From contig CAYQJX010000004.1 of the NCBI GenBank assembly GCA_964417965.1, forward strand, positions 52,405-116,404: a stretch of DNA of 64,000 bases, written 5' to 3'. Position 1 is the stretch's first letter; each line of letters begins with the position of its first letter. The notes under the pieces are model-generated. The model ran no database searches. It saw nothing but the letters and a program-made list of their open reading frames with translations, and was not told where the DNA came from. This DNA comes from an uncultured Elusimicrobiaceae bacterium. Its GTDB lineage: Bacteria > Elusimicrobiota > Elusimicrobia > Elusimicrobiales > UBA9959. This document shows positions 63,253-64,000 of the stretch, piece after piece. The position numbers were made by a program, and so were the translations under genes.

Positions 63253-63253
63253 T

Positions 63254-63550
63254 ATGACCAAACAAGAAGTCCTGGCCGGGATGAAGAAATATACGCCGTT
63301 TCAGCGGGCGGTGTGGCGGGCCTGCATGAGCATTCCGGAGGGGCAGACGCGCAGCTACAAGTGGATAGCCGGGCGGATAGGCAAGCCCGGCGCGGCGCGC
63401 GCCGTGGGCTCGGCTCTCGGCAAGAACCCTTTCGCGCCCGTGGTGCCCTGCCACAGGGTGATAAAGGCCGACGGCACCCTGGGCGGCTTCTCCGCCCCCG
63501 GCGGCCTCAAGGCCAAGCTGGCCCTGCTAAAAAAGGAAAAAGCCCTGTAA
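63254..63550 (+). CDS. ogt: Methylated-DNA--protein-cysteine methyltransferase, C-terminal domain only
   Basis: 98 aa with active site VPCHRVI and the SYKWIAGRIG helix. Confidence 0.85.
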   Translation: MTKQEVLAGMKKYTPFQRAVWRACMSIPEGQTRSYKWIAGRIGKPGAARAVGSALGKNPFAPVVPCHRVIKADGTLGGFSAPGGLKAKLALLKKEKAL

Positions 63551-63569
63551 GCCCCGCAGTCGCCAAAGG

Positions 63570-63604
63570 AAAAAGCCCGGGAAGTCCCGGGCTTTTTCTT
63601 TTTT
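63570..63604. terminator. Bidirectional rho-independent terminator
   Basis: AAAA-AGCCCGGG-AAGT-CCCGGGCT-TTTTCTTTTTT between convergent ogt and pilC. Confidence 0.75.
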
Positions 63605-63615
63605 AAAGAACGGTT

Positions 63616-64000
63616 TTAGCCGACCATTTCGCCCATGCTGAACATGGGCATGAACATGGCGATGACGATGGTGCCGATGACGACGCCCAGCACGATCATG
63701 ATGAGCGGCTCGATCATGGAGGTAAGGCCCTTCACGGCGGTGTCGACTTCCGTGTCGTAGAAGTCGGCGATCTTGTTCAACATGTTGTCGAGGCCGCCGG
63801 TCTCCTCGCCCACGCTGATCATCTGGATGACCATGGGCGGGAAGATGTTGGCTTTCTTGAGCGGATCCGAGATGCGGCCGCCTTCCTTGATGGAATCGCG
63901 GCTGCTGGCTATGGCCCTCTCTATGACCTTGTTGCCGGCGGTCTTGGCCACGGTCTCAAGCCCCTGCAGGATCGGCACGCCGGACTTTATCAGGGTGCCG
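63616..64000 (-). CDS. pilC: Type II secretion / type IV pilus platform protein (GspF/PilC), C-terminal part (5' end outside window)
   Basis: The GspF-domain tail FPPMVIQMISVGEETGGLDNML..IADFYD is followed by the last TM helix. Confidence 0.8.
   Translation of the reverse strand, partial: GTLIKSGVPILQGLETVAKTAGNKVIERAIASSRDSIKEGGRISDPLKKANIFPPMVIQMISVGEETGGLDNMLNKIADFYDTEVDTAVKGLTSMIEPLIMIVLGVVIGTIVIAMFMPMFSMGEMVG

Overview
GC-rich bacterial chromosome segment (roughly two-thirds G+C by eye, not computed). It is densely coding, with about 60 CDSs, mostly on the minus strand between 2.5 and 50 kb. The organism looks diderm: LptE, a CsgG-like lipoprotein and an outer-membrane-type protein ending in Phe are present. 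I saw no rRNA, tRNA, CRISPR array, transposase or prophage. Housekeeping content includes macAB-like efflux, PBP4, xerC, topA, dprA, comM, mtaB, rsmE, hrcA-grpE-dnaK-dnaJ (with a consensus promoter and a CIRCE-like operator), arfB, thyX, glgC, phoH-ybeY, leuS-lptE-holA, rpsT, murJ, uvrC, ogt and pilC. Three things stand out. (1) At about 35.0-43.7 kb (possibly to 44.9 kb) there is a complete bacterial microcompartment locus. It has 7 shell genes (2 BMC-H, 2 PduT-like BMC-T, 3 BMC-P) interleaved with deoxyribose-phosphate aldolase, RpiB, TPI, acylating aldehyde dehydrogenase, PduL and an RnfC/PduS-like flavo-FeS protein. Several enzymes carry encapsulation-peptide-like N-termini. This matches the bioinformatically defined, experimentally uncharacterised 'sugar-phosphate utilisation' kind of metabolosome. 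(2) A tightly coupled minus-strand operon (22.5 to 13.1 kb) links a zinc-ribbon/HEAT membrane protein, a 673-aa acidic repeat protein, a DnaA/Hda-like AAA+ protein lacking a DNA-binding domain, an orphan GAF histidine kinase and a CsgG-like lipoprotein trio. (3) Two intergenic elements (9121-9249 and 46673-46807) have long nested helices and look like structured RNAs or MITE-like inverted repeats. Many long ORFs in the six-frame track are antisense artefacts of the high GC content and were not called.
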